From assembly GCF_009914755.1 (NCBI RefSeq), contig NC_060933.1: DNA of 64,000 nt; one strand, given 5' to 3'. The position numbers and the translations under genes are program-made. This document shows, piece after piece, positions 18,812 to 34,132 of this stretch (positions are counted from its first letter, which is position 1; every line of letters starts with the position of its first letter). Source of the stretch: the human T2T-CHM13v2.0 reference genome, Homo sapiens. The notes under the pieces were generated by a model. That model was not told where the DNA came from. It saw only the letters and a list, made by a program, of their open reading frames with translations, and did no database searches.

Positions 18812-19771
18812 TCACTGAGTGAAGCCTTTTGGTCTCAGCAGTCTCCTCACAGCAGCCTTCACATCCTTGTTCCTCAGGCTATAGATGATGGGGTTGAGCA
18901 TCGGGGTCACCACCCCATAGAAAAGGGGGATGAGTTTGTCTGAAAGATCCTCTTTGTCTGCTCCCATGGAGTCCTTAGACTTAGGCTTCCCATACATGAA
19001 GAATAAGGTCCCGTAGAAGACGATCACCACGGTGAGGTGGGCAGAGCAGGTGGAGAAGACCTTTTTCCTCCCCTCAGCTGAGGGGATCCTCAGGATGGTG
19101 GTGATGATGAAGACATAGGAGAAAGAGATGAACAGAACCGGGACTCCTAGGAAGATCACATTCGTCACCTCCATGCTGATCACATTGATGGAAATGTCAG
19201 CACAGGCCAACTTTAGAACAGCCAGAATCTCACAGGTGAAGTGGTTGATGACATTGTCTCCACAGAAGGGCAGCTGAATTGCCAAGGATGTGTGTACCAC
19301 GGAAGCAGCACCACCAATAGCCCAGGAGCTGGCAGCCATGGGCATGTAGGCAGCCTTGCTCATGATCACGGAGTACCTAAGGGGGTTGCAGATGGCCACA
19401 TAGCGATCAAATGCCATCATGCTCAGGAGCAAGCACTCTGTTCCTGCCATGGCAAAGGAGAGTGCCATCTGCACAGCACAGGCTGAGAAGGAGATGGTTT
19501 CCTGGGGAGTCAAAAAGCTGTCCAGGACCAGTGGGACTGAGGAGGTAGTGAAGCAGATGTCCAGGAAGGAGAGGTTCCCTAGGAAGAAGTACATGGGCGT
19601 GTGCAGGCGGGAGTCAAGGATGGTCACCAGGATGAGGACCCCATTGCCCAGCAGGATCACGAGGTACATCAGCAGGATGAGCACGAAGAATGTCTTTTCC
19701 AGCTCTGGGTGGGCAGAGAGCCTCAGGAGAACGAACCCCATCACAGGGGAGGTCTCATTGGCTTTTTCCAT
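18812..19771 (-). CDS. OR2S2: Olfactory receptor 2S2 (OR37 subfamily), intact 319 aa
   Basis: All class II OR motifs: N-glycosylation NET, GN in TM1, [48 protein letters not shown]. Extended ECL3 ([18 protein letters not shown]). Protein recognised as OR2S2. Confidence 0.95.
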   Translation of the reverse strand: MEKANETSPVMGFVLLRLSAHPELEKTFFVLILLMYLVILLGNGVLILVTILDSRLHTPMYFFLGNLSFLDICFTTSSVPLVLDSFLTPQETISFSACAVQMALSFAMAGTECLLLSMMAFDRYVAICNPLRYSVIMSKAAYMPMAASSWAIGGAASVVHTSLAIQLPFCGDNVINHFTCEILAVLKLACADISINVISMEVTNVIFLGVPVLFISFSYVFIITTILRIPSAEGRKKVFSTCSAHLTVVIVFYGTLFFMYGKPKSKDSMGADKEDLSDKLIPLFYGVVTPMLNPIIYSLRNKDVKAAVRRLLRPKGFTQ

Positions 19772-19884
19772 GTGATATCCCCTCTGCCATCAGCAAAGTA
19801 CTGAGCAGCGCATCAGGCTTTTTGGGAAGAGTCCTAGGCATCTAATATGTGGTCAAGTTCCCATTGCATAATAGAAGAACATAT

Positions 19885-19916
19885 CTGTGCAAGAGAAAAA
19901 TGACGGAAAGAGACAG
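19885..19916 (-). promoter_or_regulatory. Candidate splice acceptor for the OR2S2 coding exon
   Basis: Minus strand CTGTCTCTTTCCGTCATTTTTCTCTTGCACAG|AT, 113 nt upstream of the ATG. Confidence 0.5.
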
Positions 19917-21039
19917 TAGGGGGTGTCTTAGAAGACAGAAGGTCAGAGCTGGACAGGTAGTGGGTGAGGGCCTCAAATGTCCGGTTGTGCATGAGGGATT
20001 TTTCTGAAGTTGCTGCACCCTCTCAGTGTCCACAAAGGTGATAGAGGCCTGGGGAGGAGAAGTGACCTGTCCAAATCTTCTGAGCAAGTTGGTGACAGAG
20101 ACAAGACTTGAACCCAGCAGAGCATATCCCTGGCCCAAGGAGGGCTTTTCCTCTTCATTGTGATTAAGTGCTAGGAAATGCTATGAATTATTTCTCTTTA
20201 ATGCAAATCCACAGCAATTTCATTTGATCTGGGCTTTCTTAGATTCTCAGAGAGGAAAATTCCCAAGAAGATGCAATTCTTGGACCTAGCAAGTGATTAA
20301 GTTTCTTTAAACTTTGATTACACGTGGGGAGGAAATTGCGCAAAATTGTTCAACCATATTCACACAGAAACAAGCCTAGTTAATATTCAGCCATAAAGAG
20401 CATTACTTCTTCAGTCTAGTGACACAGGCTTGAGCATTGACAGGAATAGATCTGCCTATTTGAAATATGGATTTATTGCAATATATGGGGAGGTCCTATA
20501 GCTGGGAAATTTATGAAGCCAACAAATGGATTTGTTGGAGTGACTGAACTCACACCATGAGACAACACTGTGTAGCTTACCAGTTAGTTAATGCAATATT
20601 AATAACCACACTCTAACTATAGTTATCGATAGTAGAGTATATGGCATTAACTTCTGATCCCATCTCATTAGGATGTCTGTGAAATTCCTAACCGTGAATG
20701 ACTAAGAATGTTTTTTCTTTGTCCTTTTATGTTTGCATTTTATTCTTGCATTATCTTCTGACTCTCTGACTCCATTCTTGAGTTCTATGCAAGCAGCTGG
20801 CTTATAGGAAGACTTATATGCCTTTGTATAGAGGATATCTAGTCTCTTACTTGCAATTTCCCTGACTCTAAATTCAAAGTACTCATAGATAATATTTTGA
20901 TAGCTCCTTCTTAATGACAGTGGCTCTATGAGTGTGTATAAGAGTGGGTGGATGATGGAAGATGAGTGGTTAATATTAATATTAGTGAGAATATTAGGGA
21001 TTCTCACTAATATTAAGGAATATAAGCTGTGCCATATTT

Positions 21040-21185
21040 CTTGAAACAGCTCATGGAGAAGATATTATCATTCAGGTTTTACAGGTGAAGTAACTGGAGC
21101 TCAGAAGATAAATTTGCTCCTTGGGGTTGAATGGCAGAGCTGGAGTTGGATTCCAAGACCTAGTCCTGAGTTCTTTCACGAAACA
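21040..21185 (-). mobile_element. MIR
   Basis: TTTTACAGGTGAAGTAACTGGAGCTCAGA...GGCAGAGCTGG core. Confidence 0.6.
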
Positions 21186-21234
21186 GCTGCTTTTCTCTTT
21201 TGGTGCACAGCTTTGCAAAAGATTCTGTCCCTCC

Positions 21235-21353
21235 AATATTAGACAGATCTTATAGTCCTATTTATAATTTTCTCTGTGCTAATATTGCTATAGCATAATG
21301 ATAAATTAAAAGGACAAAGTCAAACTTGTACACACTGTTATGATCTCAATTAG
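21235..21353 (+). repeat. 119-bp direct repeat, copy A (partner 23095-23213)
   Basis: Ungapped alignment by eye, ~90% identity. Confidence 0.9.
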
Positions 21354-21469
21354 CTCTGTGTATTCTCTGGCCAGTCTCACTGTCTGTCCAACACTCTCTC
21401 TTCAGTCATGGGGGAGGGTTTATGTCAGATGTGTTGTCAGGCAGTGCACCTCCCACCCTAAATGGAACT

Positions 21470-21736
21470 CAGGGTTTCTCAAATTCTTTACGATTGACAT
21501 TTTGTGCTGGATAACCCTTTGGTGTGAGGGCTGTCCTGTGCATTGTAGGATGTTTAGCAGAGTCTCTGACCTCCACCAATCAGTTGCCAATAGCACCTTC
21601 TACCCTGAGTTGTAACAATCAAAATGTTTCCAGACGCTGCCACATGCTTCCAGGGGAAAGGTGTGTGTGTTGGGGCGGGGGGGGGGGGGGTTGGCGGGGG
21701 GGACGGTGCAAAATTATACCCAGAAGAGAACGATTG
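21470..21736 (-). mobile_element. MER20 (hAT-Charlie) with expanded G run
   Basis: CAGGGTTTCTCAA...GGGCTGTCCTGTGCATTGTAGGATGTTTAGCAG matches antisense MER20. Confidence 0.85.
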
Positions 21737-22479
21737 GTCTAACCCAGGAGAAGCTTCCCCCATTACACAACCATGGGTCTCAAGGTATTTCCTGTGCAAT
21801 CCTATTCCCCTCTTCCCATCCCTTCATACAGCACAGAAGGGTGTTCCTGGTTGCTCAGTGCAAGCTGACCCCCTCTGAGTGCCCCACCCTGAACTTCCAC
21901 CCCAGCTTATCTCCTGTTCCTCCTAGTGCACCTCTCACCCACTCCAGAAAATGAAGAAAAGCAAACATTATATTCAGTGCCACAAACCAGATTCAAGCAG
22001 ATGCTGTGGTTGCAGAGGCCAAGGAAAGTGATTTCTGTTAGGGAAGCCACACTGCGCATTCCCACAAGATAAATCTATGCACACAGAAGTTTCTATCCAT
22101 GAATAACATCCTGTGGGCATGAATGATGCGTGGGATTTGGCCTCCTTGAGAGCTGCCTCTGTGGAAGCCTCTGTCTGTTATGAAAAGTTGCTGAGTACAT
22201 TTGTTTAATTGAAATGAACTGTACAGCTGGGAAGACTCTGCACTCTGAGATCAGAGCTAGTGGAACTACCCCTGCCTGGGTGATGGATATTCCATCAAGC
22301 TGGAGTAAGTCTCTTCTCCCCCCTAGGCCTCAGTTTCCCCATGTGCTCCATGAGAAGGCTGAATAATTGCTTCCCAGGGCATCCCAGCTCTGAGGGTTGT
22401 CGTGGACCCTCCAGTGCTGACCTCTGCAAGCAGGGAGCGGTCCTTGATGAAGGTGGCTGCCCACACTGATGAATGTGAG

Positions 22480-22481
<2 letters not shown>

Positions 22482-22511
<30 letters not shown>
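22482..22511. repeat. (TG)n microsatellite
   Basis: Direct reading. Confidence 0.95.
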
Positions 22512-22512
<1 letters not shown>

Positions 22513-23094
22513 TGTGTGAAGGGGAGATCTGAATTCCTGGTTGTCCATCAAGAAACATTCAACAGTTAGTAGAGCTATGTCAGGTTTTGGAAGGGATTCA
22601 GAATGAAAGCAAACAAAGAGGTCTGGCACCTGCAGCCCCATAAGAGGAGGGAGAGAAGCGGGGAGGTGGGAGGCAGCTAGGGAGAGCAAGGGGAAGAGGG
22701 GAAGCTTTGGGCTCAGTGGCCGCTTCCTGCAGGCATGGAGCCTTGGTTTGTCCCAGGGACCTGGCTTGGCTCATGGTCTTGTCTCTACCTGTTCTGGAGC
22801 CAGCAGGCAGATGAGAAGTAGGAGGCAACGTGGTGCTGTAAAAAGAGCGCCATACACTCTCATGCAGCCTTTCTGGAGGGAAATTTGCCTAGGAAAAGGA
22901 AAAATTCAAAAAACCTGCCTGCCCCTCACCTCAGCTGTTCTCCCTTCAGGAAATGTGTTAAAGAATCAGTGAGCATGGAGGCCAAGATCTCTCAATAAAG
23001 GTATTTATCACAGCAGTATTTGTGAATGAAAATAGAAAACAATACAGCTCTCCACCAATAAGTGCCTAAGTAAATCATGCTTTTCACATAATGG

Positions 23095-23664
<570 letters not shown>

Positions 23665-25441
23665 TCAGAAAAAATCTCAGCATTTCTCAGAGGCGGGTGA
23701 GAGAAACGGAAAGCGCTAGCCGCAGAGTGGGCTTAGAGACAGGGCTGGGTACAGGCCCACCTGCCTCTCGCCCCCTGACCCTGAGGGAGTCCGCTTTTCC
23801 TCTGAGCCTCCCTTCCTCGCCTGTGGAGTGGGATGGAAGCCCTGCCAGGCCCCCTCGGGGCTTGCGTAGGGACAGAGCAGCAAGGACAGGGAGGGGACTT
23901 GGTTCATGGGGTCCCCGGCGGGCACTGGGAGCCCAGCAGCTCCTCTCTGCCCCAGCAGCAGCTGCTGCTTAGGACCAGTGGCAGCTGGGAGGTTTCTGGA
24001 AGCAGAGGCGGGGCGAGGAGGAAAGCGCATCTGAGGCAAACGTCCTGCAAGAGGCATGTCCCCATCCCTGCCCCGCCCCATCCCTGCCCCCGCCCCAGCC
24101 CAGCTCTCCCCATCTGCTTCTTGCGCGATGGCCGCTTCTGAGTCTCCTGATTCCACACGCAATTCTCAGTTCCTCCCTGGATCCCTGGCTAGACACTGTG
24201 CCAGAGAAAGACCCCCGACATGCCCCTGCCTTACCTGGGAGACCCTCTTTCTTCTTTTTCCTCTTAAATCGTGTGGGCACTTTAGCCTTTGGTGGTGTTT
24301 CTCTCACTTCATTCCTTTCAGCTGTGCTGGCTAAATGCTGCTGTCCCAGCTCCAGACTCTTCATGAAGAGGATCTGGCTTCCTGGCCTGAGGCCCAGAAA
24401 TCCCGAAGGTAGGTTTTCCCCAGCAGCCGAAGGAATCCTCGAGCCGCACCGTGTACTCTATGGGGCCCCTGACACATTAGTTACTCCAGGGCCCTGCTAA
24501 TCCCACAAGTAATTTAAAGTTTGGAGTGCCACATGTGCACAGGGCACAGGTCGATGCATACCTGGGAGCTCCAGGGACCACACCCCATCCCAATTAGAGG
24601 TGGTGACAGGGGCCCAGCCACTGGACATGGAGAGGAGACCTCAAAAATGCTGGCTCCCCCCTGAGCTTTCCCTCAGGTGTCAGAGAAACAAAGATGGTGC
24701 TCGCTTCAGGGAAGAGCACCTTGTCCCCAGGTTGAAGTCCTAGAGATCCAGAATGGTTGACAAGACAGATGTCTTCCAACAGCAGCAGCAGCAGCAGCAC
24801 AAGCTCCATCTATGGAGCGCTACCATGTGCCGGGCACACTGACAAACACCGTACATATACGGTATGCATGTGACGCATGTGTGTTGAGCACCTACTTTCA
24901 GTCGGCCCAGGAGATTCGTATGATCCCCCGATGTTTTCATTTGAGGGACAGCCTTCAAAAAGTTAAGCAATTTACCAATGATCACTAGTGAGTGGCAGAG
25001 CTGGGATTTCAGTCTCAATACACCTGATTCTCTTTTTCATCACTTGTAGTCATCATCATCATCATCACCACGACTGTCATAATTATTAGTAGGTATTACT
25101 TGACTTGGAACAAAATTAAGATGCAGAAGTGTATATATTAAAAATTAAGCCTCACTCTCCAATTACTCAGTCATTCTCTCTTGCGGCAAGCAATATTAGC
25201 AATTTCTTGTGTGATTTTTTTCCCTAGAGATATTCTATACTAATAAATATTTTTGAGACAAGCTAAGCAGAAATATACATTGTTTTACTATCTTCCTTTT
25301 CTCATTTAAAAATATACATTGGAGAGTTTTCCTGAAAAAAAAAATTGCTGCCTCATTCTTTTAAATGGCTACATACACTCCATTGTGTATGTTAAAGAAT
25401 GGGTGTGCCATCCTTTAATTAGCCAGTCGGCTACCGGTGGT

Positions 25442-28140
<2,699 letters not shown>

Positions 28141-30322
28141 TACCTGTTTTAAAAACCTCTAAACTTTGAAATAATTATAGATCCATAGAAAGTGGCAAAG
28201 ATAGTACGAAGATGTCTCTTGTATCCTTCTGCTAGTTTCACCTGCTTGTTACACCTTACCTAAATACACAATATTCAATACGCAATAGCATACCAGGAAA
28301 TTGACATTGGTGCAATGTGTATGTGTATAGTTCTATTTCATTTTATCACATGTGTGGATTCATACGACCACTAGCGCAATCAAGACATGGTACTATTCTA
28401 TCACCACAAAGGTCTCCCCCATGCTATCCCTTTCTAGTCATCCCTACTCCCCTCCCTTCCCCATCTGTAACCCCTGGCAGCCACTAATTTGTTTTCTATC
28501 CCCACAATTTGGTCATTTGAGAATGTTATAGAAATGGAATCATATAGTTTGTAATCTTTTGATACTGACTTTTTCTCACTCAGTGTAATGCTGTGAGGTC
28601 TATTCATGTTGCTGCATGTATCAGTAGTTAATTTCTGTTTATTGCTGAGTAGTATTCTATGGCATGGATGTACCAAAGTTTGTTTATTCATTCACCCATT
28701 TTAGGACATTTTTGTTGTCCCAATTTTTGGTTATTGCAAATAAAGCTACTGTGAACAATTGTATAGTAGCTTTTTTTGTGCAGACATAAATGTTGATTTC
28801 CTGGGATAAATGCCAGAGTGTTATTTAGTTTAGTGTAATTGCTGAGTTATATGGTAAGCATATATTTAGTTTTTTAGGAACTGCCTGTTTTCCAGAGTAG
28901 GTGTGTCAATATACACCTCCCACTAATAACGTGTGAGAGATCTAGTTTCTCTGAATCCTTGCCAACTTCAGTGCTGTGAACATGTTTTATTCTACCTGTT
29001 TCAATAGGTGTGAAGTGATACCTTATGGTCTTAATTTGCGTTTGCATAAAAGTTAGTGATGTTGAACATCTTTTCATTGCTATTTGCCACTGTATATCCT
29101 GTTTGGACAAGATGTCTCTTCATGTATTTTGCCCATTTTCTAATTGAATTATTGTTATTGTTGTTTTATACTGTCAGATTTTGAAAGTTGTTTTGGTGAC
29201 ATCCAAATTTATCTTTTTTTCATGAATTTTGCTTTTTGTTGTTATGCCTAAGAACTCTCCACTATGCTGTATGTTTCAAGGTTTCTCTCCTATATTTTTT
29301 GCTAGAAGAGTTATAGTTTTACCCTTTAAATTTAAATCTGCGATCCATTGTGAGTTAATTTTTATTTGTTACCTGGGGTACAAGGTGACATTTCAATATC
29401 TGTATACAATGTACAATGATAAAACCAAGGTTTTTTTTTTTTTAGCATATCCATCACCTTGAACATTTAGCATTTCTTTGTGTTGGAAACATTCAAAATA
29501 CCCTCTTTTGGTTATTTGAAAATATAGCATAAATTATTATTAACTACAGTTACCTTACAGGGCTAAAGAACACTAGAACTTATTCCTTCTCTCTAGCTAT
29601 AATTTTGCATGCATTAGTCAAATTCTCCCTCCTCCACCACCCCCACTTCCCAGCCTCTAGTTATCACCACTCTATTTTCTACTTCTATGAGATCAACTTA
29701 CTTCACTTCCACATATTAGTGAAAACATGTGGTATCCATCTTTCTGTGCCTGGCTTATTTCACTTAACATGTCCTCCAGGCTCATCCACGTTGCTGCAAA
29801 TAACAGGTTTTATTCTTTTTTATGGCCAAATAGTATTCTATTTTGTATAAAAACCACATTTTTTTCGTTCATTCATCTCTTGATGGACACTTAGGTTGAC
29901 TCCATATCTTTGCTATTGTCAATAGTGCTGCAATAAACACGGGCGTGCAGATAGCTCCTCAACATGCTGATTTCCTTTCCTTTGGATATATACCCAGTAG
30001 TGGGATTGCTGAATCACGTGGTAAGACTTTTTAGTTTTTTCAGGAACCTTCATACTCTTTTCCATAATAGCTATAGTAATTTATATTCTCAACAACAATG
30101 TGTGCATTCTCTTTTTTTCTGCATCCTTGCTAACATTTGTTATTTTTCTCTTTTGATAATAGTCATTTTAACTGGGGTGAGATGATGTCTCACTGCAATT
30201 TTGATTTGCATTTCCCTGATGATTACTGATATTGAGCATTTTTCATATACCCATTGGTCATTTGCATGTCTTCTTTTGAGAAATGTCTATTCAGAACATT
30301 TGCCAATTTTTAAATCATATTA

Positions 30323-30755
30323 TAGTTGACCTTTGAACAGTGTGAGGGTTAGTGACTTCAACCCCCAGCACAATTGAAAATCCATATACAACTTTTGACT
30401 CCTCAAAAACTTAATCGCCTACTCTTGACTGGAAGCTTTACCAATGTCATAAGCATTCAGTTAACACTTATTTTGTATGTTATATGTATTATATACTTTA
30501 TTCTTACAATAAATTAAGTTAGAAAAAGAAAATGCTATTAAGAGAATCATAAGGAAGAGAAAATATATTTGTTATTCATTAAGTAGAAGTGGATCATCAT
30601 AAAGGTTTTCATCCTTATTGTCTTCATGTTGAGTAGGCGGAGGGGGAAGTAGAGAAGGGAGGGTTGGTCTTGCTGTCTCAGAGGTGGCAGAGGTAGAAGA
30701 AAGATTATGTATAGGTGAACCTGTACAGTTCAAACCGCTGTTCAAGGGCCAACTG
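30323..30755 (+). mobile_element. Tigger2a (MER28) DNA transposon
   Basis: TIRs (T)AGTTGACCTTTGAACA...TGTTCAAGGGCCAACTG, TA duplications, 433 bp. Confidence 0.85.
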
Positions 30756-31213
30756 TATTTTTGTTGTTGTTGGTTTTGGCCACTGAGTTATTTGTATATT
30801 CTGGATATTAATCCCTTCTCAGATAAATATTTTCTCCCATTCTGCAGATTGTCTCTTCACTGTGTTGATCAGTTCCTTTGCTGTGCAGAAGATTTTTAGT
30901 TTGATATAATCCTCTTTGTTTATTTTTGGTTTTGTTGCCTGTGCATTTGGTTTTGTTGCCTCTGCATTCTTCATAAAAATCTTTGCCCAGACCAGTGTCC
31001 AAAAGTGTTTTTCCTATGTTTTTTTCTAGTAGTTTTATAGCTTTGGGTCTTTAATTCATCTTTAGTTTATTTTTGTATACGGTAAGAGATGGGTATCTTA
31101 GTTTCATTATTCTGCATATAGGTATCCAGTTTTACCAACATCATTTTTTGAAGAGACCGTCCTTTCCCCAATGAATGTTTCTGGCACCTCTGTCAAAAAT
31201 CAGTTGGCTGTAA

Positions 31214-31862
<649 letters not shown>

Positions 31863-32601
31863 AGTTTCATTGTTCTATATATTTCTTTTTATGCCAGTGC
31901 CATGCTATTTTGGCTACAATAGCTGCAGTAGGAGGTCACATAGTATGATATCTCCAACTTTGTTTTTTTGTTCAGGATTACTTTGGCTACTCAGGGCCTT
32001 TTGTAGTTCCACAAGAATTTTAGGACTTTTAAAAATTTCTGTGAAGAATGTCATTGATATTTTGATAGGAATTTCATTGAAGCTGTAGTTTGCTTTTGGC
32101 AGTATGATCATTCATTTTAACAGTATGAATTCTTCCAATCCATAAACATGGGATGTCTTTGTATCATTTTGCATCCACTTTAATTTCTTTCATCAGAATT
32201 TTATAATTTTCCTTGTAGAGGTCTTTTACATCTTCAGTTAAATTTATTTCTAGGTATTTTTGGTGTGACTATTGTAAGTAAAATTGCATTCTTGATTTCT
32301 TTTTCAGCTAGTTTGTTATTGGTGTATAGAAACACAACTGATTTTTGTGTATTAATTTTTGTATCCTGCTACTTTACTGATTTCATTTTTTGGTTCTAAG
32401 TGGCTTTTTTTTCTGGTGGAGTTTTTGGGTTTCTCTCTGTATAAGGTCATGTCTTCTTCTATAAACAAGAATAATTTTACTTCCTCCTGTCTAACCTGAA
32501 TGTCCTTTATTTCTTTCTCTTACCTGCTTGCTCTGGGTAGGACTTTCAGTACAATGTTGAGTAAGTGTGGTAAAAGGATTTTATAATTTTCCTTGTAGAG
32601 G

Positions 32602-34132
32602 TTTTTTTTTTTTGACAATTATTTAAGACCTTTATTAACAGGTGCTTGCAGTTTGTTGACTTTTTTGAAAAAATCAAGTTGTAAACTTTTATTACAAATT
32701 AAAAATGAAGTTCTTAAAAATCTCAACTTGACCAGATATGAAACAATTTAAAAACCTTTAAAGGCGTATTGAAAAAAACCAGGCTTTTTTAAAAAACACG
32801 TTTGTTATTACCAAAAAGAGACGTCTTTAGGTAAAAATAATAAAAATCCCATGCTGCATAGATAATGCAGATAGTTCTATTTATCTGGTCAACGGGCAAA
32901 AAGCAAGCACTTAAGGTCTTCAGCTCCAATCTTTTGTTCATTTCTTATAGCTGGAATTTCATATTTCTTCCTGTTGGATGACTAAACCGGATGATGGTAG
33001 AGATGGTAAGCTGGCATTTACTCAGTCCTGCCCCGCTCAGCCTCAGGAGTGGACGAATTCTCAGCTGGTGGATCGGCTGCTTTTGTCTCTTTGCCATCTT
33101 GTGGTTTAGGGTTTTCTGGGTGTCTGCGTCGGCAATTGAAGTTGCGGCGGTACCGACGTTGAGGTGGCTGCTGACCTTGGGTCTCATCTCCTTGATTTTC
33201 TTTATCTTCATCATTGCCGTCCTCTCTAGGCTGTCTTTGGCGTGGAGGGCCCCTGCGGAATCGTGGTCTATATCCCCGATACGTATTCTGCCTCACTGGT
33301 CTACCTTGTTCTCCTGCACCCTGGTTGTCAGCACCCTCCATCACTTCACCCTGCACAGGAGGGTTGGAATACTGTGGTCGACGCCCATAGGGTCTCCGCA
33401 TGTAGTAAGGTGGGAACCTTCGCCTGCGGTAGGGCCGGCGTTGTTGGGCTTGGCCTGCGGGAGCACTCTCCGATCCCTCGTTCTTTTCCCCACTCTCACT
33501 ATTCTGGTAATTTTGCTGGTAATTGCGTGGAGGACCCTACGACGTGGATAGCGTCTATAATGGTTACGGTCTGCTGCATATGTACTGCCTTGAACTGGAA
33601 CACCACCAGGCCCTGTAACATTTGCTGCCTCCGCACCCTTTTCTCCTTCAACAACATCAAACTCCACAGTCTCTCCATCTCCTACACTGCGAAGGTACTT
33701 CCTGGGGTTATTCTTCTTTCTGGCAGTCTGGTGTACAAATACATCTTCCTTGGTGTCATTCCTGTTGATGAAACCATATCCGTTCCTTACACTGAACCAT
33801 TTTACTGTTCCCAAAACCTTCGTTGCGATGACCTTCTTGTCCCCGCCGGCAGGCGCCGCCGATGTGAGGCCGCCCGGGCCACCGCTTCCTGCGCCGCTGC
33901 CTGCAGTGCTGGGGTGGGTGTCGGCGGCGCTGAGGGCGGGGGCGGCGTGGGGGAGCGGCGGGCGGCTGCTGGGTCTCGGCCTCGCTGCTCATAGTTGCGG
34001 TGATGGTGACTGGGGCCGGCTGCGGCAGCTGCGGCTTCTCCCGGGGTGTGATGGTAACTAGGCCGGCGGCGGAGGTGGGGCTGCCCAGGGCTCTCTGGGG
34101 TCAGCTCTCCGCTCCCGCTACCGATTGAACTC
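32602..34132 (-). pseudogene. YBX1P10: Processed YBX1 pseudogene (probably YBX1P10)
   Basis: [14 protein letters not shown] start (ATG 33992), cold-shock domain [30 protein letters not shown]-terminal R/D-rich blocks to stop at 33018. Two frameshifts, both UTRs, AATAAA 32631-32636, poly(A) 32602-32613. TSD TCCTTGTAGAGGT at 32590-32602 and 34133-34145. Symbol from recalled locus context. Confidence 0.94.

Noticed and set aside
19241-19804. + strand ORFs over OR2S2 (and the equivalents at 52928-53950)
   Set aside because: Antisense shadows of OR coding sequence; their similarity to each other simply reflects OR paralogy.
24778-24799. (CAG)6 run
   Set aside because: Short and not in a supported CDS.
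32991-34061. Long + strand ORFs (186, 250 and 103 aa)
   Set aside because: Antisense shadows of the GC-rich YBX1 retrocopy.
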